Source of the DNA: Bacteroidia bacterium
Lineage (GTDB): Bacteria > Bacteroidota > Bacteroidia > CAILMK01 > JACPUW01
Assembly (NCBI GenBank): GCA_049115495.1
Contig: JAGDZV010000015.1
Location: 69,812 to 133,811, forward strand
Length of the DNA stretch: 64,000 nt
Reading direction: 5' to 3'
Positions 49,512 to 58,939 of the stretch are shown here, piece after piece. The notes beneath the pieces are model-generated. The model made no database searches. It had not been told where the DNA came from and saw only the letters and a program-made list of their open reading frames with translations. How positions within the stretch are numbered: the first letter of the stretch is position 1; each line of letters starts with the position of its first letter. A program made the translations under genes and the position numbers.

Positions 49512-52463
49512 TTAAATATTTATTGGAATATGCAAGACCACTTTGGTTCCAATTGCATTATCATATTCATTTTTTAAATCAAAAACTTCTGTTACAATGG
49601 TTTTACCACTTTCAATGTTCAAGAGCTCTAATCTTTTTTGATTAGCTCCCGTGGCAAAAGATCGGTGCTTTTTATGCCTTTGTGCATTTATGGCCTCAGC
49701 AACATCTCTACCCACGCCATTATCTTCAATTACTACTAGTAATTCATTTTGGTCATCTATAATCTCAAAGTCAACATTAAGTTTTCTATTTGCTTTTTTG
49801 TGTAGCAAGCCATGCTTTATAGCGTTTTCTACATATGGCTGAATAAGCATTGAAGGAATTTCAACCGCTTGGGGGTTTATGCTTGCACCCACAGTTAGCT
49901 TGTACTCAAAACTATCTTCAAAACGCAAGCCCTCCAATTCAAGATAAAGCTTTAAAACCTTAAGCTCATCTTGTAAAGAACACATTCTTGAGTTGCTAAG
50001 CTCAAGGGTAATTCTCATTAAATCGGCAAACTTTCCTAAAAACCGGTTGGCTTCACGTGTATTATTTAGCAGAATAAATTCTTGAATAGAGTTTAAAGCA
50101 TTAAAAATAAAGTGTGGGTTTAATTGTGATTTTAAAGATGCCAGCTGACTTTCTCGTAGCTCTTGCTCAAGTTTGGCCTTTTCTAGTTCTACCCTTCCCT
50201 TTAGCTGTTCTACTTCTGTTTTTCTTCTAATAAATCTTATTCGTGAAACTGATACTAAAACGGTAAGAATAATAAATGAAACGATGAGAAAGACATAAAA
50301 TATTACCGACATGTAAAACGGCTTTTCAACTGAAAAAGAAAACGTGGCAGGCGATTTACTTTGCATGCCATCTTCATTAATTGCAAAAACCTGAAATTCA
50401 TAATCTCCCGGCTGCAATGCGTAATGGGTAATGTTATTATTGTTTCCCGATTTGTATTGCCAACTAGAATCTAGCCCTATGGTTCTGTATTTGTACTTAA
50501 AACTGCCTCTACTCTTAAATGAAAGTCCGGTAAAACTCAAGTTTACGGTCTTATGGTTAAAAGAAATCTGACTGCCATTCTCTATTTGCTCATTATTTGA
50601 ACCAACAGTTGCTTTAGTAAAGAACACATTAGGTTCAAGGCTGTTAATAGGGTTAATCTCAACTGGGAAAGTATTTAGTTTTTTTGCAGTAGCTACCCAT
50701 ATTCTATTTTTTACAATGATTATGTCTGTAATTTCATTAGACGACAAACCATCAAACCTGGTAAAGTTTTGAAAGATTTTTTCTTCCTTAATAAACTTTT
50801 GCAACCCTCTATTGGTAGCAACCCAAACTCCTTTATTAGACTCTTCTATGTCATTAATATTATTACTCAAAAGCCCGTTTTTTGTGGTGTAATGTGCTAC
50901 CACCTTATTATCCCTAATAATATATAAACCTTGACCAATGGTACCAACCCATAAATCACCGTTTTGTAGCAGCTTTATTGAGTTTGCAAATATTGATTCA
51001 GACTTATTTTTTACTTCAAAAAAACTGTGCGGGTTATTTAAGTTATGTATAAACAACCCATCTGCATACCCTACTATCCAACTTGATTTCAAGGTATCTA
51101 ACTCTGATGCCCTTGCTCTAACATTTCTAAAGTGTTCTGATTTAACTGAATCTATGCGTAAATGTCCTATTGTGTAATTTGAGCGCATTGAACCAACACC
51201 TGATGCAAAAAATAATCTATTCTTATAAAAATGAACTTCTTTAGGCGTGCTTGCATGGTAATAGGCAGTTTGCACATTATCACTAGCGCGGTATTGGTTG
51301 TTTCCTAATAAATAGCTCTGGTTTTTTAACTGGGTAATTGACGTAATTTCAAATTTTGATTTCGGTTTAATCTGTTTAAACCCCTTCGAATAGCTCCCCT
51401 TAAATGTTTCTCCTGTACTTGTGCAAAAGAGCATTCCGTTTTTTGACTCTGATATAACAGAAATTGGAGGATTTACCGAAACTGCACTTTCTATATTAAA
51501 GGACTCTATCTTACTATTTGGTATTACATGTATTCCATTCCTAAATGTTGTGGTCCAAATAGACTTTTCATAATCTTTGTAAATACAAGTTACATAATGA
51601 CTTGTATTAAAATTCTTGATCAATTTTAGTTTTTTACTGCCAGCATTTGATCTATAAACAAATATTCCTAATGAAGACCCTAGCCAAAATGTTGAATCGT
51701 CTTCTTGAAAAAAACATAATAGTTGAAAGTTTTCATCTTCAGGATAAACACCTTCAAAAATTTGTCTTCCTTGTTTTATTAAAAATCTATCGTTATTGTA
51801 ATCGCCAAAAAGCAATTGTCCGTTATAGCTGTTAAAATGTTTAAAACCCTTACCAATGTAGTTTCTTGAAACCTGTAATGGCTTTTTAGCTTCTAACCTT
51901 TTAGTGGCTGGGTTAAAACCAAAAACTGTATCTCTATAATAAATGGCTATTCCAAATTTGCCTTTCATAAGAAATGGAGACCATAATGGTCCAATTTCAA
52001 AGGCTTGATGCTCATTTGTATTTAAATTGAAGTTGTGTAAGGTTTTGGTAATGTTTGATGAAATCCATAGCCCGTTTTGATCAATTTTAAATGATGAAAA
52101 GCGTTTTACATCAACTTTGTGGTGTCTAACAAATTCTTTTGTAACCCCATTTTCGACATAAAAAATTTGATCTGAAAAGTTTTGACACCATACCCTGTTC
52201 AGGCTATCGATAATCAAATTACCTACAGCCGTTGCTTTTGACGTTTCGCTCGAGTAATTTTCAAACTTTACACCATCATATTTAAACAGGCCCGCCTCAG
52301 TAGCTAACCAAAAAAATCCGTCTTGGTCTTGCGCTACATCATAAACCAACATACTAGGCAAACCGTTTTCATCTGTCAACTGCCAAGAACTAGGCACTTG
52401 GGCAAATAAACCTTTACCAAGCAGGTAAGTAAAAGCCACAATTAAAATTCTCAAATAGCTCAC
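49512..52463 (-). CDS. Sensor histidine kinase with periplasmic beta-propeller/Y_Y_Y sensor domain and LytS-type (His_kinase PF06580-like) kinase core
   Basis: Signal peptide, long propeller-like repeats, TM helix, His-containing box LNPHFIFNALNSIQ, HATPase (IEDNGVG). 5-nt gap to the LytTR regulator gene. Confidence 0.8.
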   Translation of the reverse strand: MSYLRILIVAFTYLLGKGLFAQVPSSWQLTDENGLPSMLVYDVAQDQDGFFWLATEAGLFKYDGVKFENYSSETSKATAVGNLIIDSLNRVWCQNFSDQIFYVENGVTKEFVRHHKVDVKRFSSFKIDQNGLWISSNITKTLHNFNLNTNEHQAFEIGPLWSPFLMKGKFGIAIYYRDTVFGFNPATKRLEAKKPLQVSRNYIGKGFKHFNSYNGQLLFGDYNNDRFLIKQGRQIFEGVYPEDENFQLLCFFQEDDSTFWLGSSLGIFVYRSNAGSKKLKLIKNFNTSHYVTCIYKDYEKSIWTTTFRNGIHVIPNSKIESFNIESAVSVNPPISVISESKNGMLFCTSTGETFKGSYSKGFKQIKPKSKFEITSITQLKNQSYLLGNNQYRASDNVQTAYYHASTPKEVHFYKNRLFFASGVGSMRSNYTIGHLRIDSVKSEHFRNVRARASELDTLKSSWIVGYADGLFIHNLNNPHSFFEVKNKSESIFANSIKLLQNGDLWVGTIGQGLYIIRDNKVVAHYTTKNGLLSNNINDIEESNKGVWVATNRGLQKFIKEEKIFQNFTRFDGLSSNEITDIIIVKNRIWVATAKKLNTFPVEINPINSLEPNVFFTKATVGSNNEQIENGSQISFNHKTVNLSFTGLSFKSRGSFKYKYRTIGLDSSWQYKSGNNNNITHYALQPGDYEFQVFAINEDGMQSKSPATFSFSVEKPFYMSVIFYVFLIVSFIILTVLVSVSRIRFIRRKTEVEQLKGRVELEKAKLEQELRESQLASLKSQLNPHFIFNALNSIQEFILLNNTREANRFLGKFADLMRITLELSNSRMCSLQDELKVLKLYLELEGLRFEDSFEYKLTVGASINPQAVEIPSMLIQPYVENAIKHGLLHKKANRKLNVDFEIIDDQNELLVVIEDNGVGRDVAEAINAQRHKKHRSFATGANQKRLELLNIESGKTIVTEVFDLKNEYDNAIGTKVVLHIPINI

Positions 52464-52597
52464 TTGGGTATGACTCTTGTCATTTTGTTGCTAATATCGT
52501 TTGAATATATTTGAGCTTTATAATGTTAGTTGCAAAAAGTGTATTTGAACCTGTGAAGCACTTGCATTGTTAAGTGAGATATTAAGAAAAGCATCGA

Positions 52598-53098
52598 ATG
52601 GAACAGCAAATAGTTGAACTTAATGAAAACTCAATTCTTGAAGCCCTAAAGGATGTAAAAGACCCTGAAATACCAACGGTAAGCTTGGTTGACCTTGGTT
52701 TAATTACCAAAATTGATATCTCAACAGCAGATGATGTTAAGGTAAGTATGATTCCAACGTTTTCGGGCTGCCCAGCGCTGGCTGTTATGAAAGATGAAGT
52801 GAAAAAGCGTGTAGAACAAATGGGGGTAAGTAATGTTACAGTTGAAATTGATAATCAAGTAGCTTGGAACACCAATATGATTACCGAGCAGGGCTTAAAA
52901 GATATTGAAAAAATAGGCCTTTCATCGCCAAAAAAATATTGTGGTGAATTAAATCTTGAGGCGCCCCCTGCTGCTACATGTCCAAGGTGTAAAAGTGAAA
53001 AAACTGCCCAAATAAGCCCTTTTGGTCCAACATTATGTAGAGCTGTTTACTACTGTAATGATTGTGAAGAAACCTTTGAACAATTTAAACCTGTTTAG
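52598..53098 (+). CDS. PaaD-like protein (DUF59/MIP18 Fe-S-assembly-like domain plus C-terminal C4 zinc ribbon)
   Basis: N-terminal DPEIPTVSLVDLGL (DUF59 signature); C-terminal CPRCKS…CNDCEE zinc ribbon. Confidence 0.55.
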   Translation: MEQQIVELNENSILEALKDVKDPEIPTVSLVDLGLITKIDISTADDVKVSMIPTFSGCPALAVMKDEVKKRVEQMGVSNVTVEIDNQVAWNTNMITEQGLKDIEKIGLSSPKKYCGELNLEAPPAATCPRCKSEKTAQISPFGPTLCRAVYYCNDCEETFEQFKPV

Positions 53099-53685
53099 TG
53101 AAGAATAGTATCTACTTCATTCTATTGGTAGCGTTGGTTGGTTGTAGTCCTACCCGATATTTAAAAAGGGCCAAGGCGTTTATTACCATGGTTCCACCAA
53201 TAGAGATTATAAGTCATAGCCCCAACCCTGATCCTTCTACCATGGATCCCATGTATTATTATGACTACTTTGCTAACACCATATCAAATGCCCTAAATGA
53301 AAAAGGCCTTAATACAATTGTAGATTTTCCTGGAATGGAAAGAAATAGCAGCGAACCCAACCATTTATCAATTGAAATAGGCATGGTTCATATCGAAGAC
53401 CTACGTATGATGGGCATGGTGCCAAATGCTCTACCGGCTGAGAATCCAGGTCAAAATATGATTAAGCTCACACTAATTGGTGGGTTTAGTAGTGTAGATA
53501 AAAAGGGAAATTCAATTTCAGAAGGAACTAATATTCAGCTTGAAATGGGGGCTGAAACAATTGCTCAAATGTTTGAAAAAGACCCAAATACTGACGCTTT
53601 GAAACAACTACTCAATACGGCCGCCAAAGACTACAGTGAAGAAATAATGCCTCTTATTTTAAAACATTTAAAAGCTAATGGGTAG
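53098..53685 (+). CDS. Hypothetical lipoprotein
   Basis: Signal peptide plus Cys (LVGCSPT); start overlaps the stop of the PaaD-like gene. Confidence 0.4.
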   Translation: MKNSIYFILLVALVGCSPTRYLKRAKAFITMVPPIEIISHSPNPDPSTMDPMYYYDYFANTISNALNEKGLNTIVDFPGMERNSSEPNHLSIEIGMVHIEDLRMMGMVPNALPAENPGQNMIKLTLIGGFSSVDKKGNSISEGTNIQLEMGAETIAQMFEKDPNTDALKQLLNTAAKDYSEEIMPLILKHLKANG

Positions 53686-53867
53686 TTAATATACCCTTTT
53701 CTAGTCTTTGCTTCCGCTGTAGCTCAGCCAAAAACTCTAATAAAGACCTGAGTTCTTTTTTTATTAATATATTATAGAAAAGCAACTTTACTTGAATAAC
53801 AATTTTAAACCACTAGAACACTTGCTTGCTATTCACTTTTTTACAAAAAACCTACAAAGTTTATAAC

Positions 53868-54617
53868 CTAATCTTGTCTAGACTGCACAAGCAGAGTTTT
53901 ACTCTTGGTTTCAAAAGCTAAAAGGTTACCCTTATTTGGCATGTTTTCTATCATTATGCCATTATCCAATGCCACAAACTTATCTCTATCGGGGTTGGCA
54001 ACAACATCTTGAATAAAATCAAGGCTCAGCGGCGTATGACCATGAACTACTTTTCTGTCGTTTGTTTTGTCAAAGTCAACTTTAAAATCTCTAATCCACA
54101 TCATCGATTGAGCATCGGTAAAAGGATTTTCTTTGCTAAAATCAAACCCAGCATGCACATATAAGAACTCTTCATCTTCAACATAGTGGTACATCGATTC
54201 TATAAATTCAAAATATTTTGGGTCAACTTCAACCATCTTGCGTGCATTAAAACTCTTCATGGTAGCCTCACCCCCCATATTTAGCCAACTCTTTTTAATG
54301 GCATCTCTTTTCATAAAACGCATAAAACCTGAGTTGTTTTGCTCTTCTAAGTGGCTCTTGAGCATAAGGTCATCATGATTGCCCCTTATGCAAATAATAT
54401 CTAAACCTTGTCGCTGTAATTCAATAACAAAGTCGAAAACACCTTTTACATCGGGTCCTCTATCTACCAAATCGCCTAGTAGAACTATTCTATCCTCGGC
54501 TTGAAGGTTAAGCTTTTGTACAAGCGTTTTAAGTGTGTTTACATAGCCATGTACATCACCAATTGCCCAGGTTTTCCCGCTATTTGGTACTAGAAGTTTA
54601 TGTTTTACTTCGCTCAT
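53868..54617 (-). CDS. Calcineurin-like metallophosphoesterase (PPP-family Ser/Thr phosphatase or ApaH-like)
   Basis: PPP signature motifs GDVHG, GDLVDRGPD, GNHD, plus a downstream HGH triad. Confidence 0.75.
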   Translation of the reverse strand: MSEVKHKLLVPNSGKTWAIGDVHGYVNTLKTLVQKLNLQAEDRIVLLGDLVDRGPDVKGVFDFVIELQRQGLDIICIRGNHDDLMLKSHLEEQNNSGFMRFMKRDAIKKSWLNMGGEATMKSFNARKMVEVDPKYFEFIESMYHYVEDEEFLYVHAGFDFSKENPFTDAQSMMWIRDFKVDFDKTNDRKVVHGHTPLSLDFIQDVVANPDRDKFVALDNGIMIENMPNKGNLLAFETKSKTLLVQSRQD

Positions 54618-55414
54618 TAAATCTTATTCAAGTTTACAAAATAGCCACTATGGTTTCTAATATTTAACACCCTATTGCTACTAAATATTAGGTACTGACC
54701 CTTTATACCCATTAGTCTCCCTTCTACTTTGTCTATTTTATCAAGGTTAATGCTATTTACTTTAAGCGGATATTCTATTACGGGATAATTAAAATCATAA
54801 ATCTGATCATTTTCAGAATAGAACTCTTCAAATTCTGGTGGAAAAACATCTAAGGCTTCTTCTTTTTCATCAACTGGCTCCAGAGATTCATCTATTTGAT
54901 TTTTAAGCATGTTTCTCCAATTGGTTTTGTCTTTATAATGCTCCTTCATAGCCACTTCAATTTCACCAGCAAGTCTTCGATAGGGTGTTTCAGCCAATAT
55001 TATGGCTTTATTAGCTCCTTGGTCAATCCATCTTGTAGGTATTTGATCTACCCTAGTTACACCTACTTTGGTAATCTCTGTAAATGCCAAATAAACTACA
55101 TGCGGCTGATTGTGGTTTTTCTCTTCCCATTGCACATCTCGCCCCTTGCCTAAGTGACCTTCGCACAACTCTGGCCTTATGATACACTCGCTATTCATTG
55201 GGCTATTGACAAAGCACTTATAGCAAAAGCCTTGACCAAAAGATTTTTTGGTAACATTTCCGCAAGAGACGCAATTAATAACACCTGTAAACTCAAGCTC
55301 TATTTGCTGCCCTACAAGCGAATTCATATCAATAACGTCGTCTCCAAGTTGCAGACTGTATTTAATTGGCTTTTCAAAAGCCGTTTTCATTTTTCTAAGA
55401 TTTCCTTGGGCCAT
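54617..55414 (-). CDS. Zinc-ribbon-containing hypothetical protein (DUF2797-like)
   Basis: CxxC…CxxC cluster (CVSCGN…CYKCF). Stop codon overlaps the start of the downstream phosphoesterase gene (TAATG). Confidence 0.45.
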   Translation of the reverse strand: MAQGNLRKMKTAFEKPIKYSLQLGDDVIDMNSLVGQQIELEFTGVINCVSCGNVTKKSFGQGFCYKCFVNSPMNSECIIRPELCEGHLGKGRDVQWEEKNHNQPHVVYLAFTEITKVGVTRVDQIPTRWIDQGANKAIILAETPYRRLAGEIEVAMKEHYKDKTNWRNMLKNQIDESLEPVDEKEEALDVFPPEFEEFYSENDQIYDFNYPVIEYPLKVNSINLDKIDKVEGRLMGIKGQYLIFSSNRVLNIRNHSGYFVNLNKI

Positions 55415-55514
55415 ACTATAAACTTAACAAGGCTCAAAGTTTAGAATTATTTAGAGCATTATTGAAATCATTTGTGCCCCTTATTCCTTTATTGCACCAA
55501 CAATCAATGACAAA

Positions 55515-56687
55515 ATGCAAAAGCACCTACTTTTTCTTCCAATTCTGTGTGGTTTAATTGTTTTACAATCGTGCGGTGGAGATGAACCTACTGAACCAGA
55601 GCAAACGCTTAATACTGTTCCTGAATTCTTTAACTCAGCCGCTGAATCATTATATGGTTCTGAAGGACCAGAAATTGAAGTGGTTGCTGACCGAAACGCC
55701 GGTTTAGATTTTCCGCGAGACCTTGCTTTTCATTCATTTGAAGATAGGAAAAATGAGTTGTGGGTTCTTAACCCAGGAACTGATAATACAGGTGCTTACA
55801 CTACAACATTTTACGACCCAAATACAGATGCGGGCAATTATGACAATTTACAAGACGGTAATGCATGGCATTTTATGGCTTTAGCTTCTTCATTGGCATT
55901 TGGCGATAATGGCAATTGGGCAACAGCGCAAGGAATTCTTTGTGCAAATCGCCAAAATGTATTGTTTACGGGACCAACTCTTTGGAGTAGCGATATGAAT
56001 ATTTATGCTCAGGTTGGTCAAAACCCTACGCCACAAGTAAATGGTAGCCATTTAGATATGATACACCAAACGCCTTATGGTATGGGTATTGCGCACGAAG
56101 TAGACAATGTGTACTGGGTTTTTGATGGCTACAATAGAACCATTTGTCGATATGATTTTGTAGAACCACATTACCCTGGCGGCCCTGATCATAGTGATGG
56201 TAAGGTATGGAGATATAGCCAACCCGAAGTAAGAATGGACCTAATGGCAGAAATTCCTAGTCATATGATTCTTGATAAAAACACAGGATGGTTGTACATA
56301 TGTGATACAGGAAATAAAAGAGTGATAAAGCTCAACACAAACTCGGGTAGCGAAATTTCTGGCTCACCAAGAATACCAAATAGAGTTTTTGAAGATTTAG
56401 CGCTGTATACCGAAGTTGAAGGGGCCGAATGGGAAATTGTAGCAGATTCTGGTCTTTTTAGCCCTAGCGGCATTACAATGGTTGAAAATAGACTTTTTGT
56501 GAGTGATTTTGGTAACGGTAATATAATGTGCTACGATAAAGAAAGCAATGAACTATTGGGTCAAGTAGAAACCAATGGCAAAGGTGTTGCTGGGCTTGAA
56601 ATTGGTCCTAACGGAAGTTTATGGTTTGTAAATGCGCTAAGAGACGAACTTTGCAAGCTGCAACCACAGTCTCCTAATGAAATTTAA
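55515..56687 (+). CDS. NHL-repeat beta-propeller lipoprotein
   Basis: Signal peptide plus Cys (VLQSCGG). NHL-like repeats (LYICDTGNKRVIKL, LFVSDFGNGNIMCYD). Overlaps the next gene by 11 nt. Confidence 0.5.
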   Translation: MQKHLLFLPILCGLIVLQSCGGDEPTEPEQTLNTVPEFFNSAAESLYGSEGPEIEVVADRNAGLDFPRDLAFHSFEDRKNELWVLNPGTDNTGAYTTTFYDPNTDAGNYDNLQDGNAWHFMALASSLAFGDNGNWATAQGILCANRQNVLFTGPTLWSSDMNIYAQVGQNPTPQVNGSHLDMIHQTPYGMGIAHEVDNVYWVFDGYNRTICRYDFVEPHYPGGPDHSDGKVWRYSQPEVRMDLMAEIPSHMILDKNTGWLYICDTGNKRVIKLNTNSGSEISGSPRIPNRVFEDLALYTEVEGAEWEIVADSGLFSPSGITMVENRLFVSDFGNGNIMCYDKESNELLGQVETNGKGVAGLEIGPNGSLWFVNALRDELCKLQPQSPNEI

Positions 56688-58908
56688 ACTCAGTCTTTTA
56701 TTAATACTTCTTATTTACTTGAGCTCAAATGCTCAAGAGCTTAGACAGCGTTTTTTACCTTACCCTGCACAGTGGATAAAGGTGAATGGCGATACATCTT
56801 ACTTGGGGTTTTGCGGTGGTTTTCATGCACCCAGCTTTGCCGAAATTGATCTTGACAATGATGGCTTAAATGAACTCATTGTAAAAGAAGAATTTAGCGA
56901 CAAAGAGTGGGTGTTTGCCCCTATAAAAAGAGGTGATCAATACCAATGGAAATATGCTCCAGAACTTGAAGACTTATTGCCCCCATTGCAAACCTTTTTT
57001 ACAGCCGTTGATGTAAATAGCGATGGTTTAATAGACCTTGTTACAGGAACAGATAAATTGCAAGTATATCTGAATAATGCAACTGATAGTGTAAGGTTTT
57101 TAAAGGTGCAATCGTTAAAATTTGATTTTGAAGGTGAGTATTTTCCAGTAGAATTTCAGGTTGGTGAATCACCTTGCGTTACAGATATTAACGGAGATGG
57201 GGCTCCCGATATCTTGGTATTTGATACAAATGGTGAGCGAGTGGTCTATTTTGAAAATGAGAAAAAGGGAACAAACCATTTACAGTTTAAAATTAAGACA
57301 GAATCTTGGGGTTTTTTTAAAGAAGAAGGGCTCAACTTTGAAATTAAACTTGGAGCAAATAAAAAGGCTCATCCAGGAAGCAAATTGTTGGCTTTTGACC
57401 ACGATGCCGACGGCGACATGGATTTATTGATATCAGACATTACAACATCAAATGCATTTTTTTTAGAAAACGGGAAAAGTGATTTTGGATTGGCTTATGA
57501 CACCATGGTTTCGGTTACTGAAAACTATCCTTCAGAAACTGAAAAAATTGATGTTACATATTTTCCTTCATTTAGTTTGGTAGATGCAGATTTTGATGGT
57601 GATAAAGATTTGATATGTGCAAATTCGAGCAGAAGCCCTGTACTTAACGGTGCCATCTGGTTATATGAGAATGGTAATGGCAAAGGATTTGATCTAAACT
57701 TAAACACCAAATCATTTTTACAAGAAAACTCAATTGATCTTGGAATTTTAGCCGCACCCACCACTTTAGACTTTGATGGTGATGGAGACCTTGATATATT
57801 AATTGCCGCTGTTGACCACTTGAATAATAACATTTTTGAAGAGCAATTTGCAAGATTGGTTTTGTATGAAAATATTGGAACTAAAATGGCTCCATTGTAT
57901 GAGATTGTTGATACTGACTATTTAGCCTATTTCAATAAAAATCAGCGGTTTTTTAGCCCTGCCATAGGAGACGTAAATAACGATGGCTCTAACGACCTTT
58001 TGCTAGGCACCATAAGAGGCGAAATACTGGTTAGAATTAACTCAGCTGAGAATGGTGAAGCTTTTGATTTTTCAGAGCCGCAACTAATACTTGAAAACCT
58101 TGATATTGGTAGCGAAGCGGCCCCCATGGTTTTTGATATAGATAAAGATGGAATTAATGATCTTATTATTGGTGAGCAAGGAGGAAACCTGAACTACTAC
58201 CGTGGTTTGGGCAACTTACAGTTTGAGCTCATCACAGAAAACTGGGGTCAGGTAAAAACCAACGGCACTTATTGGAGCTATACTAGAGATAATGACGGAA
58301 AAATAATTGACAGTACACTAACATATTTATCAGTTGGTGGCTCTCACCCAGCAATTGCCGATATTGATGGCAATGGTGAGCCCGACCTTATGGTTGGTGC
58401 TACCAATGGAAAAATGCAATACTACCCCAATTTTAACGCCGAAGATTGGTATTTCAGGCCTTCATCAGTTTGGTATCATAATCCTTATTTAGATAAAAAT
58501 TACAATAAAGATAACGGCACAAACACAAGACCCCACTTTGCTGATTTAAACAACGATGGCTATTACGAATTGCTCATTGGTGTTTACAATGGCGGGGTTG
58601 AGCTTTTTACAACTGATTCGGTAGTAGTGTCAAAACCTGATAAATTATTAAAAGAAGCTACAATTAGAGTTTATCCAAATCCAGTTGCGCGGGATTTTAC
58701 TATTGAAATCAACGACCTGAACGAAGGAGAGAATATCTCTATTAATATTTTGAACGTAAACGGGCAAGTAATTTCTAGCCTGTATCAAGGAAGAGTCGAA
58801 AACCCAAAATTCCTAATACAGCCTGAGACAATAATAGAAAGTGGTATTTATTTTATTGAAGTGCTGAGCGAAAGCCAAAGGCAGGTTGTAAAGTTGGCGA
58901 AGCAATAA
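56677..58908 (+). CDS. T9SS-secreted FG-GAP/VCBS-repeat (integrin-alpha-like beta-propeller) protein
   Basis: At least 10 D-x-[DN]-x-D-G-x-x-D calcium-binding FG-GAP motifs (DLDNDGLNEL, DVNSDGLIDL, DINGDGAPDI, DFDGDGDLDI, and others). C-terminal Por-secretion sorting domain (RVYPNPVARDFTIEI…GIYFIEV…). Confidence 0.75.
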   Translation: MKFKLSLLLILLIYLSSNAQELRQRFLPYPAQWIKVNGDTSYLGFCGGFHAPSFAEIDLDNDGLNELIVKEEFSDKEWVFAPIKRGDQYQWKYAPELEDLLPPLQTFFTAVDVNSDGLIDLVTGTDKLQVYLNNATDSVRFLKVQSLKFDFEGEYFPVEFQVGESPCVTDINGDGAPDILVFDTNGERVVYFENEKKGTNHLQFKIKTESWGFFKEEGLNFEIKLGANKKAHPGSKLLAFDHDADGDMDLLISDITTSNAFFLENGKSDFGLAYDTMVSVTENYPSETEKIDVTYFPSFSLVDADFDGDKDLICANSSRSPVLNGAIWLYENGNGKGFDLNLNTKSFLQENSIDLGILAAPTTLDFDGDGDLDILIAAVDHLNNNIFEEQFARLVLYENIGTKMAPLYEIVDTDYLAYFNKNQRFFSPAIGDVNNDGSNDLLLGTIRGEILVRINSAENGEAFDFSEPQLILENLDIGSEAAPMVFDIDKDGINDLIIGEQGGNLNYYRGLGNLQFELITENWGQVKTNGTYWSYTRDNDGKIIDSTLTYLSVGGSHPAIADIDGNGEPDLMVGATNGKMQYYPNFNAEDWYFRPSSVWYHNPYLDKNYNKDNGTNTRPHFADLNNDGYYELLIGVYNGGVELFTTDSVVVSKPDKLLKEATIRVYPNPVARDFTIEINDLNEGENISINILNVNGQVISSLYQGRVENPKFLIQPETIIESGIYFIEVLSESQRQVVKLAKQ

Positions 58909-58939
58909 GCGAATTACAAATGCAGTTGAATATCACCAG

